A DNA stretch of 64,000 bases from Orbicella franksi (taxonomy: Eukaryota), in assembly GCA_964199315.1 (NCBI GenBank), contig OZ116698.1, forward strand, positions 43,710,001 through 43,774,000. Direction: 5' to 3'. This document shows positions 10,201-22,800 of the stretch, piece by piece. Position numbers and translations under genes: made by a program. The notes below the pieces were generated by a model that worked only from the letters and a program-made list of their open reading frames with translations, had not been told where the DNA came from and made no database searches. Positions within the stretch are counted from its first letter, which is position 1. Each line of letters starts with the position of its first letter.

Positions 10201-13200
10201 ACTTTATCATACCAAATAACACTCCATGTCATGCTGGGGACTTAAGTTCGCTTTAAGCGATAGAAAGGTGTAGCTTTATCACCCTAAAATACCCGCGAAT
10301 TCTGAAATTTGGGACGTACATGAGGAAGATAAGTTGTAGTATTTCACTTTGCCTTCTGCTCAACGAAATGTACATCTTTTGTTTCTGTTTCGCGCCATAG
10401 ACGCATTTTGGTAATTTTAATAGCTTCTAATTCAGCATTTCAACGAGCACGTTGAACGAATGCGGTAGGTCTCCTTATTCAAACGGAAAAGGATTGTCTG
10501 TCGTTGTAAGTGCCATTGTTAATTGTGGTGAGACACCGCGTCATCGAAATGATTGGATTTGCTGTGACAACAAGGACCGCACAACGTGAAGCCCACGAAC
10601 GCCTTATGCTTGGCTCTGATAAACAAGTTGAGGATTTCTTGAATGAAAACCTAACCTGTTAATCTGTCTCAGAATTCTTGATTACAACTGCGTTTGTCCT
10701 GGGTTATTCCTTTCTCTTTGCCATCTCTATGGGTGATGCATTTTGTTGTATTTCAATCCACCAACTTTTTGACAACCGGACCTAATAGCTAATGTGCCAA
10801 ACCTTCTACAAACAGTCAAAATTGACAGGGCTCTGTGTGTTGCTTTCAAATAAGGCTTTATAAGACATTAAAATGCTAACAATCCTTCCTTGTTGACAGA
10901 CCATAAGTTTAAACATATTATTTGAGATGAACAGGTTCCAAATCTCAACCCCTTGCACTCTTGCAACGGAGTACACCCTTCAATTTGACTGTACTCTCGC
11001 AACTGGCGTGTTTCTGGCAAAGCATACCACAGAAGCTGAATTACTTGAATACGTGAAATATTCACAGGATGTTTCACGATTTCATAATCTCTCGGTAATT
11101 TTGTAGCTCGTGGTAATATGGAAATATAAAATGTGCGAGGTCAAAAACTTGATATGTCCCTCAGGGGCGGTAATCGTCGGTGGGAGATTTCTTCTTACGT
11201 GAAATTCAAAATGTCGGTCAGAACTGTTGGTGATAGAGAATATAGACTGTGGCTAAATGGGTTAGACTTTAAATATCGTATAACAAATTCTCTGCGAATA
11301 ACTAAGCAATGTTAAGGTCTACAAGAACTGAAAATAATACAACAAACACTGAAAACCAGATGAGAGGTACATATGATCTTATAAAGATGACTCCAGACAT
11401 GTACATAACAAGTTTGTTATATTTTTAGTTCTATTTCCGAAAGTGTCTTCCATGGATTAAATTATCATATGTCCTGGAAAATTACAGATGCAACTAAGAT
11501 TTTGCTTACGATGTAGAAAATTCGTTAAGCACCGTAAAAATCAACGCTGTTGGCACTGCTACAGGCATGGCCATTCATAGTTCTTCGTTTACTGATAGAA
11601 ACACACATGGAGAGCTTTCACGGCCACCATATTGAGAATTGGTGTTTCGAAACAATAGAAAATTTTTCCGTCAGAAAATAATTCCGATCTATTTTCCAAA
11701 ACTAAGAGGAATGACTTTGTTTCGAGGCAGCCATAACTTTGATTATACTCGAGTCTCTAGAATGCCATTTTACAGACAACCTTGTTGTTTTCTCTTAGTC
11801 GAATGCGAATGAGGAACATACTTACACTAGACACGCGTGGGAGGAGACTCGACACGCGATGAAACTCGCGTGTCAGTATAATCACGCGGGAAAAACCAGC
11901 ATGCGAAACAAGGCTCAATAAAATGCAAGCAAATTATAAGTGACAGCCAAATGGTATGAAGAGGAAAAGAACACATTCTAGAAGCTGGGTGTGGTGTTTT
12001 TCCCCATAAATCCTGGTATTCTTAGCCTATAATGGTAACATTTTCTTTAAAAAAAAAAAGCGTCATTGCAAACCTGCGCGCGGGAAGCAAACATTCGCGA
12101 GTGAAATATCGCACTGTTATTATTCATAACGAAAGCAGTTGATAAGTTCTTATTACTGAGATGTAGGTCTGTTCTAAATTCAACATATTACTGTGATATT
12201 TTGCGACTGGTGTTCCTATGGGCGAAAAATATGCGATGTTGCAGTCTATTACCATAACTTATGGCATTAGTATTTGACTGATAAGTAGGTTTGATATATC
12301 TTAGTCATGAGTTTATTTATGTACACATATTTTTGATCTGAACCTCAGATAACCCTGCATATCTAACTAACAAGAAAGCAAAATACACTGTTATCTCATG
12401 CAATATCTCGTGATGTGATTGAAATAATTATCATATCAGCACGCTCGACATCAATAGCGTTGTAAGCGTTTCCTTATTGCTCGAAAAGTAAAATTGTAGA
12501 TCTTATTTTCTTTGTTATTTTAAGATCAATTTTATTTGGGATCAGGAGAAGCGCTGAAGCTGATGGTCAAAGAAACATATCTTGGAATTAGGATGAAAAT
12601 ATTTCTGAGCTTAAATGGGTTGAACCTGATACGTTTAGCGTTAGATTATAGGCCGTATTTCAGCATTGTTTAAGGACCTTTTGAACTTATCATCTCGTTT
12701 TGTTTGTAAAAATATTACGCTGTTAAAACCAGATTGAAATGGGTCACCTTGCTTACGCAAATCGGGTGAATAATTGAACAAAAAAATCTAATTTTACAGT
12801 TGTTAACTAAATTTTCTTCATATGATTCAATGTTTTTAAAATTCTCATAGTTAAATAATTCTTTAAAAATTTACAAAGATTCACTGTTACTCAGCTTAAT
12901 TCAAATTCCCACTCATCTGTGATAATCATTAATCTTGCATGGGGTCAAAATGGTGCCTGTCGTAAAACGAGCAGTCAAAAGCGGTTTTAGCTACTTTTTC
13001 ATCATTATCAATAAGACGGTCAACAAAAGTCCTTCATAACTTATGTTTAGGGTAACTGTGCCAGCCGCAACGGTCATAAATAGGGTATCGAAATTTTGGC
13101 CAGGTAGGGTAGCAAAAATCGCAGATTTTGGTCATAAATAGGGTAAGGGTTTTGGTAAGTGGACCGCACATTCCCACCCATTTTTTCTGGGAGTACCCTC

Positions 13201-14507
13201 CCCCCCCCCCCCCCATCACCGGACGTTTACTCCACAGACATTTTCTTTAATAAACGCTCCCATGAATTTATTAGCTCTCTAGAATCACCAGAATGCAGTC
13301 TCCGCGTTCTAAACATAAGGCCGAGTCAACCGTAAACCACGACCACAGAACAATATCAAACTCCATTTGTCAGTACCTTGTCATCTCTGCTCCGCTGTAT
13401 TGTGCCGCTTCCTCTACAATTCTCCTTTCGATGCAAACAAACATTTTAGGTTCCAAACATAGTGGGTTATAAACGAAGTTGTATCCTACGTGATCTTTTG
13501 ATCAGAACAAAGTTGCGTGACCGCATGCCAGCCAAAATGGCGCGACATTCACGCCACGACAAGGCTTAATGAGCAGAACAATGGCTGTGCCTGTACGTTA
13601 TAAATCTTTGTACATTTCTTTGCCGTCCACTGCAAAACAACAACGTGAAATAACCAAATTCTACGTTATCTGGAGAACGTGAACCATGACGGCTAACTGT
13701 TTTTAAATTTTGGTTTCCCCAATATGTCCCAATTTCGTGTAGTTTTGACAGTGATAAACAAAGTTAATGACTTTAGGGTAGCGTGAGATTCGTAAGTATA
13801 ATCATAAAATTATTTTTTAATCGACGTTGTCCTCGGCGTCACTGTCGTGGTTTCGTAAGCACCCTATTAATAAATGAGGTCGTCTTTGGGGTTACTCACG
13901 CAACGCTCGGGCTAAGCGCCACAATAAAAGAATCAAAGGCCCCTTGGGCTGCCTCATGTCACTAGTTTTAGGAGGCTCTCCATGGGTTTTTGGCTTTTAG
14001 GGCTAACAGTTCCAGGTGTTCAGTCAATTGGGGCGCAGCGTGAAACACGGCGATCGAAAAAATAGGGGAAAGAATTTTTTCGTCGCGCTTCCCCCTTATT
14101 TTTGCGCTCGCCGTTTTTCGCGCTGCGCCTGAACGCCTGTTTTTTTGCGGCTAACGGTTAATTTGTTTTCTTAATTATGGTTTACCAAAATCTTAGAAAT
14201 TAATTGTCTTTGTTTTAAAGGTTTTATGAGCATTACGGGAAGGAGAAAAGGTATTATCATAAGAATTGTACACTATTAAAGCTTACACGCAAGCCGCGAA
14301 AAGAGACCCAAAAAAGTCTTGACAAGCGATCTTGACGGCTAAGACCGGGTTAAAATTAATTTTTACGCCTTACTGCTAAATTGTTTGCTCGTTTCACGGC
14401 TAACAATTAACCCTATTGAGAATCTCCGTTTATAGAGTTGCACCTGACATGTGGGCCAGTTCTTGGTTTCAGTTTGAACCCCATCCTTTGCAACTACAAA
14501 ATAGCAA

Positions 14508-14690
14508 TAGGCCATTTCCGAGTTGTCTTTTGCCTCTGTGTCAAACTGAGTCTTCGTGCGAAACTATCCATATGAAAGTGATGTTGCCTACAGGTTCATT
14601 TTCAAGCAAATCAAACTCATTTTCATATGAAAGGTTTTGCACGAAGACTCGTTTTGAAACAGAGGCACAAGATAACTCGGAAATGGCCTA
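14508..14690. mobile_element. Same MITE in duplication copy 2
   Basis: Same 17-bp TIR pair. Confidence 0.8.
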
Positions 14691-15289
14691 GTTGACTACA
14701 CTTGTAGGGGGAGAACACCACTAGTGCCCCCCCCCCTCCCCCTTCAGCTACTGGGTATACGCAAAGAAACAAAGATACACCGGTATTTTGAGGAAGGGTA
14801 ATCGAGACAACATTTTGTAGACGGGGGGAGGGGAGAGGACATAGCTACCAGTTTGGGAGGAAGGGAGGAGAACAACCGTAGCTTGACGAGTAGCTCACAA
14901 CTGACGAACAGCGGCAGTGAGAGATGTGGTGGGGTAGCTCATGCCATGATCACGTGCGAGCATAAGTGGAAAACCACCGGGAGTTTTGCCATACGAACTT
15001 CTAGAGAGAAATATAGTTTTTTTAGTGTTACACATAGCGGTACCTATTCATAAATGGCTTCCAAGTTAAAATTCTTTTGTATGCATTTAAATTAGCCCTA
15101 CTAAACTCGTTTGAGAGTAAGAATTCTTTTGATTATCAACTCAAAAACGAGGTTAGTTGGGCTAATTTTAATACTTACAAAATAGTTTTTAATTGACAGC
15201 CATTTGTGAAAAGAGTCTATCGATCCCAACCTATTGCAGAGTCAGTGGCGTAGCCGTGCGTTGGCAGGACTATCCAATAATGCCTTTGA

Positions 15290-15290
<1 letters not shown>

Positions 15291-15344
<54 letters not shown>

Positions 15345-15350
15345 GAGTAA
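15291..15350. repeat. (GTAA)13 microsatellite, the LINE 3' tail
   Basis: 13 perfect GTAA units at 15291-15342, then GTGA GTAA. Confidence 0.95.
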
Positions 15351-16895
15351 CTTTATTTAATGAGGGTAAAAACACTTTACAGTCATTGACTGATAAACTC
15401 GTGGCCCTCCCTTAAACAATTAAAATATAAATCACAATGATTTTAAAAATATCTAACTATGAATAATAATAAGTATAAAACTGGTAAAATTACTAACATC
15501 AATAAAATGGACTAAAATCTTGTTGGTGCATGCGATACAAAGAGTTAGAGGACACTAAGAAATTGTGAAATGTTCAATATTTGCATACCCCGTCTTTATA
15601 AGCTTGACGCATTTCTCTTTAAAAACATTAATGCTATCACAGGATCTTATGTTAGGAGGTAGGGAATTCCATAGTGAAGTTGACGTAGAAGCAAAAGTTT
15701 TTCATCCTTCTGTCGCTCTGTTGCTCTTAGGGCATCGTAGCGTGATGTGACTATAACGCGAGGATCTTACCGATATGTCACTCACACGTATCAACTTACT
15801 AGATATGTATTCTGGGCATTGACCATGTAGACATTTAAAGATAAGGCATAGCTTATTAACATTGATTTCTTCATAGAAGGGCAACCAGTCCAACTTGTTA
15901 AATAAGTCAACAGTTCGTTCATCCCTTGCTGTTTTAACATCCAATATTACCCTGGCCGCTCTCTTTTGCAGTCGAAAGACTCGTCTGATATTTGCTTTAG
16001 ATGTTATACTCCAGACTGCTCCGCCATACAGAAAAAGGGGCTTTATGGTTGCATTGTAGAAGAGTATACGCTCATTTAAAGGTAAATAATGCCTAATTGA
16101 TCTCAAGATACCGATGCGCTTAGTAAGTTTCTCACATAAATGTTCAACATGCTCGTTAAAAGAAAGGTCCGGGTCAATATATATTCCAAGTAGTTTATAG
16201 CTTGTAGTAGTTTCCAATACATCTCCCTTGCTGGAACGGATTTCCATCTGGTCGCAGTGGTCCATCTTTGCACTCAGTCTAGTACCGGTTACGAACATGG
16301 ATTTTGTTTTGGCCATGTTCAGCTTAAACCGGTTATTGCCTGTCCATTTTTCCAGTTCTACAGTACTTTGACATAGTCTGGAACAAAGTCCAGGGGTATT
16401 TGTGTAAGGTGAGTGTGAGCTCAGAGTCGTGTCATCTGCGAAGATGTCCACAGTAGTGGGCTGCGATACTGCCTCCGGGAGGTCGTTTATATGCACTAGG
16501 AAAAGAAGAGAAGAGAGTACGGATCCCTGTGGTACTCCATGCGTCAAAGCCTGGGGCGAGGATTGTGCACTCCGGATAACCGTGCGCTGCGTTCGGTTTT
16601 GAAGGAATGAACGCACAAGGACCAGGCTGTTGTCCTCTAGACCATAAATGCGCAGTTTTTCAATCAATATCTCATGGTTAACAAGATCGAAGGCCTTCTG
16701 GAAGTCGGCGAAAACTAAGCCATTTATCCGGTTGTCATCAAGATTTAACAGCATTCGGTCGACAATGTCTATTAAGGCTGTCTCAGTCGAGTGGTGTTTC
16801 CTAAAGGCAGATTGCAATGAATATAGGAGATTATTGTCCTTGAGAAAAGCAGATAGAGAGTTGTGCAAATGTCTCTCGAATATTTTTGAAAGTAC
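15293..16895 (-). mobile_element. 5'-truncated non-LTR retrotransposon (CR1/L2 group), RT domain, one premature stop
   Basis: ORF VLSKIFERHLHN...FADFQKAFDLVNH...GVPQGSVL...FADDT...LGIYID. After TGA at 15702-15704 the frame continues KTFASTSTSLWNSLP... to TAG at 15555. 3' tail is (TTAC)13. Empty site ttgatgt/agagtaggg in copy 1 (~6545-6560); no TSD. Confidence 0.92.
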
Positions 16896-19800
16896 AGAGT
16901 AGGGAGCCCATAAATGGCATAAATTGCAGTTTAAATGTTTAATTTCTAATTTTCGTCACGTTGTGGAACGAGACGATGAGAATTTTTATTACTCATTCAC
17001 CCACTTACGTCACCTATGACCATTGAATCTTGCTTTGAAGGAAACCTACAATCCCGGAAAAAAGTAGTTGCAACACTTGAGCAGAATCAAGTATCCCCCT
17101 TCCTCCCTAATCAATGTTGGCAAATATCGCGTTTTTTTTCCACCAAAAAGGGAAAAACTCACCTGATTATCATCATTGCCAGTGGGGGAAGGGGAAAACT
17201 TTGCTTGCTGTTCCAACCCTTTGGTCCGGGATTGTAGCAACAGCCCTGTCAAAAAATGCAGACCCAAACCTTACCCAAAGTTCTCATTACCGTTAATTAA
17301 GGCGAGCCTCACTCTTCAGCAGGCGTCAACATTTTTCTAAAGCTTTCAGTAATATCATATAAAAACGGAGACGTTAAGGCACCAGTGTTTCCAGAAACAA
17401 TTATTAGTCAAAGCGTGTTTAATCGGGTATTTTAATCCAGACCCTTTGACCAAGAGCAGGGATGTCGGTAAAATGATCCTATTAAAAAAAGTTCCGCGTC
17501 GCGTGTTTCGCCTAACTTATCTGTTTAATAAGAGAAACTTTACAAAAATGAATACGTAAACAAGCAGACGAACGAACGAACAAACCATTGAATAAATGAA
17601 TGAATGAATGAATGAATGAATGAATGGATGAATGAATAGAGGAATGAATGAAAGCTTCATTGAAATGTCGAGGTATCATCTTTCTCCGATGAAAAACGTA
17701 AATCAGGCATATGACTGCCGTTTAGCTTTTTAGTTTTAAAGGAAGGAAGCCGTCACAAGACCGCACAGTGAAAACTACATTAGTTTTGGCCTGCCGCAAG
17801 ATTGTCCAAATTCAATCAAAACTACGATAATTTCTGTTCAAGTACATCCGATAATAAGCGATTTAAGTAACCGCTTGTTCGCGTGCTCAATTTGCCACAA
17901 ATTACACCCTTGCCGTCCAAGGTCCAGTGACTAAACCGCAAATTTGAATATAGCCGCTTTGCACGTATTGGTCATGAAAAGCCGAAATCCAAAGTTAAAT
18001 TGCAATACATAATACATAAATCGGTATGAAACCTCTTTACAAAGGCATTGTAATGTGAAACATGTTGTTGTCCATTTGGGACAAATTGTTAAACCCCGTG
18101 CTGTAGACACTGCACCCTTAAAACTACTAACCACGGCTTAACAGTTATGATCGCATATGAGGCACATATGGTATGATTTATACTCTGTCCCTAGACTACG
18201 ATACTATTTGCCAAAAACCGTTCGGCAAAACATTTCCAGAGTTCACACGCGCAACGCTTCTGTGCCTGGTACGTGGATTCATATCACTGCACGTGCCCTT
18301 ATTCTCCAGAGTTCTTTTGCATCGGGAAAACTTATTTAACTTTAGAACAAGTGGTGGCACGGCTTGCAACAAAAACCACGCAATATAATTAATTTTTTAT
18401 TGAGGAAAACAATCAAATAGTCGTCGGGAAATGCGCAGCAAGTTAAGCCTAATTAATCGCCAATGTCGCACGTGCCTTTAGGATATCTTTATTTTTCGGC
18501 GGTGCGGAAATTTACTGACCATGAATTAAAAAGAAAAAAAAAACATGCAACAGGTCCTTGCATATGCGTAAATGAGTCCACTGCCATCTTCTCTGTTGTT
18601 ACCTGCAGGTGAGCTTTCCTATAGCTAAAAACTAGTGTGGAAATACTTTTGGATAATTTCTCCATTTTGGTTGACAATCGTTTACTTCGTTGTGAAAACT
18701 AACTGACCAATCAGTTCATATGACAATTGTGACGCACTTCGCACTTTGCTGGTTAGGCCGCAATGGCGGGAAATGGTGGCAAATGGGAAAGACTGACCAG
18801 CGAGCTTGCCAAATACGATCTTAATTTTTATTACAAATACCCGTTCAAAGTAATTTAGGAGATAGATATAATTAGAACTTAGTTCCCTAGAAGTGACAAC
18901 TTCTCAGAACTTGTAGGTAACTTCCAATGTAGGTTGAGCTACCTTGATACTAGAACTTTGCAATTGTGAGTGCGGTACATACGTTAAAGAATAAATGTAA
19001 TGAACTAACTACTGGGCAAGCCGAGTTAGCTTCAGGAAATATAAGTCAAGAAACGTTTTCTTGTTGGATCGAACTTCAACAGAATTTCTTTGGGTAAGTT
19101 GTATTTCAAAAAGCTTTTTTTTGGTTAAGTCTCTATTGACTGACGCGACACAAAACGCTTTAAAAAATACAACACATGCTGGAGAGGAAGGCGGTTTGTG
19201 TGTTATTTGCAGTTGAAGTAGAACCAAGTCGACTCCTTTTAAATGAGTTGTATTTCAAAAAGTGTTTTGTGTAGCGTCTCAACTGAAGCTACACAAAAAA
19301 CTATATGAAATACAACACACGTTCCGGGCAAAATTATCAGGAGCTTTCTAGGGAAAAGAGGCCCTGTAGAATGAAAACTGGACTTCAAAGAGCGGCATAC
19401 TACACAAGCTGGAATGGCGGGCAATGAGTGTTTCGCGCTTTGATTCCAATGTTTTTGTTTCGCATTTCCAACAATTGAGACACGCTAATCTTGTTTCGCA
19501 TTCTAGCCTGCTTCTTAACTACTTTGCTTTCTTCTTTCACTTTCAACTAGATTCCTGTCGACACCTTTGTCGAATTTCCAAGCTTGACGCTGCAATCAAG
19601 TAAAAAGAGAATCATTTTGCTACAAGGAAGCTCAATGACCTTACCATTGTCTTAATTCTAACAGTAGCAGATTTAGCCAAAAATCTGATTTTTGCCTCGT
19701 TTTTAAGTCGCACAATCTGCTATTAACCGAAAGGCCGGGAAGAGTTGTGCAGTCTTGTTTGCTGGTAAAAATTGCAGTCTTTTAGTGTGACATTGTTTGC

Positions 19801-22800
19801 AGTGACGTAACAGTTGAGTTAATTCTTCGTCAAAGAGTGCACGCGCTTCTTTCGAACGGCGGCGCGCGCGCACTTTACAAATAATTGAAGATAAACAAAG
19901 AAATTCAACGACAAATTACGATTAAAAAAAGGAATATCAAAGAACAGCAATCATATTCAAAGAAATCTATAGAAAAAAAAGCGAAATGGGTTCCAAAGAG
20001 ATAAGCAAAAGTAATTCGAGCTGTGAATTTTTTTAGCCATGACGTCACCTTTTCGGCCCTATTCAGTGACACTACTAAGTTGTAGTATAAAGAGGTGACC
20101 ATTTGACTGTATAATTATAATTTGTTCCCAACATCTCTCCCTTGAATTGACAACACGCGGTTGTTTAAAAAAAAAAAACAGGATGTTCAGAGAACACAAC
20201 TCAAGAACATGTCTTAAGGAATTGAGCATCATAATTTGTGCTACTTGTTCATCTGACGTTCAAAGAGAATCAAATTTATTAGTTTCTACAGAAAAATACA
20301 TTATTTGAAACCCTTTCGGAATATATAAAACCAGCACCTTTACTGAAAAAGGTTTCCTTGTCAAACATTCGTTCTTTTATGTTGCATTCCGGCAATGGCT
20401 GAATCGATTGACTTTCAAATGCTAAACAATTTAACGTTGTGTGTTCTGGTACGTATTTCAACAGTATACTCAGCTTTCAATAATAGTTGTTTGGAACAGG
20501 GCCAAAAAGTACTAGACCACTATAACCTTCCTTCGTTCCAATGCAGCTTAAAAATGCGACATTTTCAACTTAATCATACCAAATAACACTCCATGTCATG
20601 CTGGGGACTTAAGTTCGCTTTAAGCGATAGAAAGGCCAAGGTGTGACTTTATCACCCTAAAATACCCGCGAATTCTGAAATTTGTGACGTACATGAGGAA
20701 GATAAGTTGTAGTATTTCACTTTGCCTTCTGCTCAACGAAATGTATATCTTTTGTTTCTTTTTCGCGCCATAGACGCATTTTGGTAATTTTAATAGCTTC
20801 TAATTCAGCATTTCAACGAGCACGTTGAACGAATGCGGTAGGTTTCCTTATTCAAACGGAAAAGGATTGTCTGTCGTTGTAAGTGCCATTGTTAATTGTG
20901 GTGAGACACCGCGTCATCGAAATGATTGGATTTACTGTGACAACAAGGACCGCACAACATGAAGCCCATGAACGCCTTATGCTTGGCTCTGATAAACAAG
21001 TTGAGGATTTCTTGAATGAAAACCTAACCTGTTAATCTGTCTCAGAATTCTTGGTTACACCTGCGTTTGTCCTGGGTTATTCCTTTCCCTTTGCCATCTC
21101 TATGGGTGGTGCATTTTGTTGTATTTCAATCCACCAACTTTTTGACAACCGGACCTAATAGCTAATGTGCCAAACTTTCTACAAGCAGTCAAAATTGACA
21201 GGACTCTGAGTCTCGCTTTCAAATAAGGCTTTATATGTCGTTAAAATGCTAACAATCCTTCCTTGTTGACAGACCATAAGTTTAAACATATTATTTGAGA
21301 TGAACAGGTTCCAAATCTCAACCCCTTGCACTCTTGCAACGGAGTACACCCTTCAATTCGACTGTACTCTCGCAACTGGCGTGTTTCTGGCAAAGCATAT
21401 CACAGAAGCTGAGTTACTTGAATACGTGAAATATTCACAGGATGTTTCACGATTTCATAATCTCTCGGTAATTTTGTAGCTCGTGGTAATATGGAAATAT
21501 AAAATGTGCGAGGTCAAAAACTTGATATGTCCCTCAGGGGCGGTAATCGTCGGTGGGAGATTTCTTCTTACGTGAAATTCAAAATGTCGGTCAGAACTGT
21601 TGGTGATAGAGAATATAGACTGTGGCTAAATGGGTTAGACTTTAAATATCGTATAACAAATTCTCTGCGAATAACTAAGCAATGTTAAGGTCTACAAGAA
21701 CTGAAAATAATACAACAAACACTGAAAACCAGATGAGAGGTACATATGATCTTATAAAGATGACTCCAGACATGTACATAACAAGTTTGTTGTTTTTTTA
21801 GTTCTATTTCCGAAAGTGTCTTCCATGGATTAAATTATCACATGTCCTGGAAAATTACAGATGCAACTAAGATTTTGCTTACGATGTCAGAAAATTCGTT
21901 AAGCACCGTAAAAATCAACGCTGTTGGCACTGCTACAGGGATGGCCATTCATAGTTCCTCGTTTACTGATAGAAACACACATGGAGAGCTTTCACGGCCA
22001 TCATATTGAGAATTGGTGTTTCGAAACAATAGAAAATTTTTCCGTCAGAAAATAATTCCGATCTATTTTCCAAAACTAAGAGGAATGACATTGTTTCGAG
22101 GCAGTCATAACTTTGATTATACTCAAGTCTCTAGAATGCCATTTTACAGACAACCTTGTTGTTTTCTCTTAGTCGAATGCGAATGAGGAACATACTTACA
22201 CTAGACACGCGTGGGAGGAGACTCGACACGCGATGAAACTCGCGTGTCAGTATAATCACGCGGGAAAAACCAGCATGCGAAACAAGGCTCAATAAAATGC
22301 AAGCAAATTATAAGTGACAGCCAAATGGTATGAAGAGGAAAAGAACACATTCTAGAAGCTGGGTGTGGTGTTTTTCCCCATAAATCCTGGTATTCTTAGC
22401 CTATAATGGTAACATTTTCTTTAAAAAAAAAAGCGTCATTGCAAACCTGCGCGCGGGAAGCAAACATTCGCGAGTGAAATATCGCACTGTTATTATTCAT
22501 AACTAAAGCAGTTGATAAGTTCTTATCACTGAGATGTAGGTCTGTTCTAAATTCAACATATTACTGTGGTATTTTGCGACTGGTGTTCCTATGGGCGAAA
22601 AATATGCGATGTTGCAGTCTATTACCATAACTTATGGCATTAGTATTTGACTGATAAGTAGGTTTGATATATCTTAGTCATGAGTTTATTTATGTACACA
22701 TATTTTTGATCTGAACCTCAGATAACCCTGCATATCTAACTAACAAGAAAGCAAAATACACTGTTATCTCATGCAATATCTCGTGATGTGATTGAAATAA

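Larger units (their letters stand above)
3590..12988 (+). repeat. Tandem segmental duplication, copy 1 (~9.4 kb)
   Basis: Collinear with 12989-23366 throughout (e.g. 11133-11315 equals 21506-21688; offset 10373 in the distal part). Starts inside the hAT-like MITE at AGCTA 3590-3594. Confidence 0.95.

Noticed and set aside
11133-11315. 60-aa ORF identical to 21506-21688
   Set aside because: The identity reflects the near-identical duplication tract. It starts at GTG and has no splice support or recognisable motif.
15291-15350. Short tandem array as CRISPR or telomere
   Set aside because: A simple GTAA microsatellite forming the LINE tail; no spacers.
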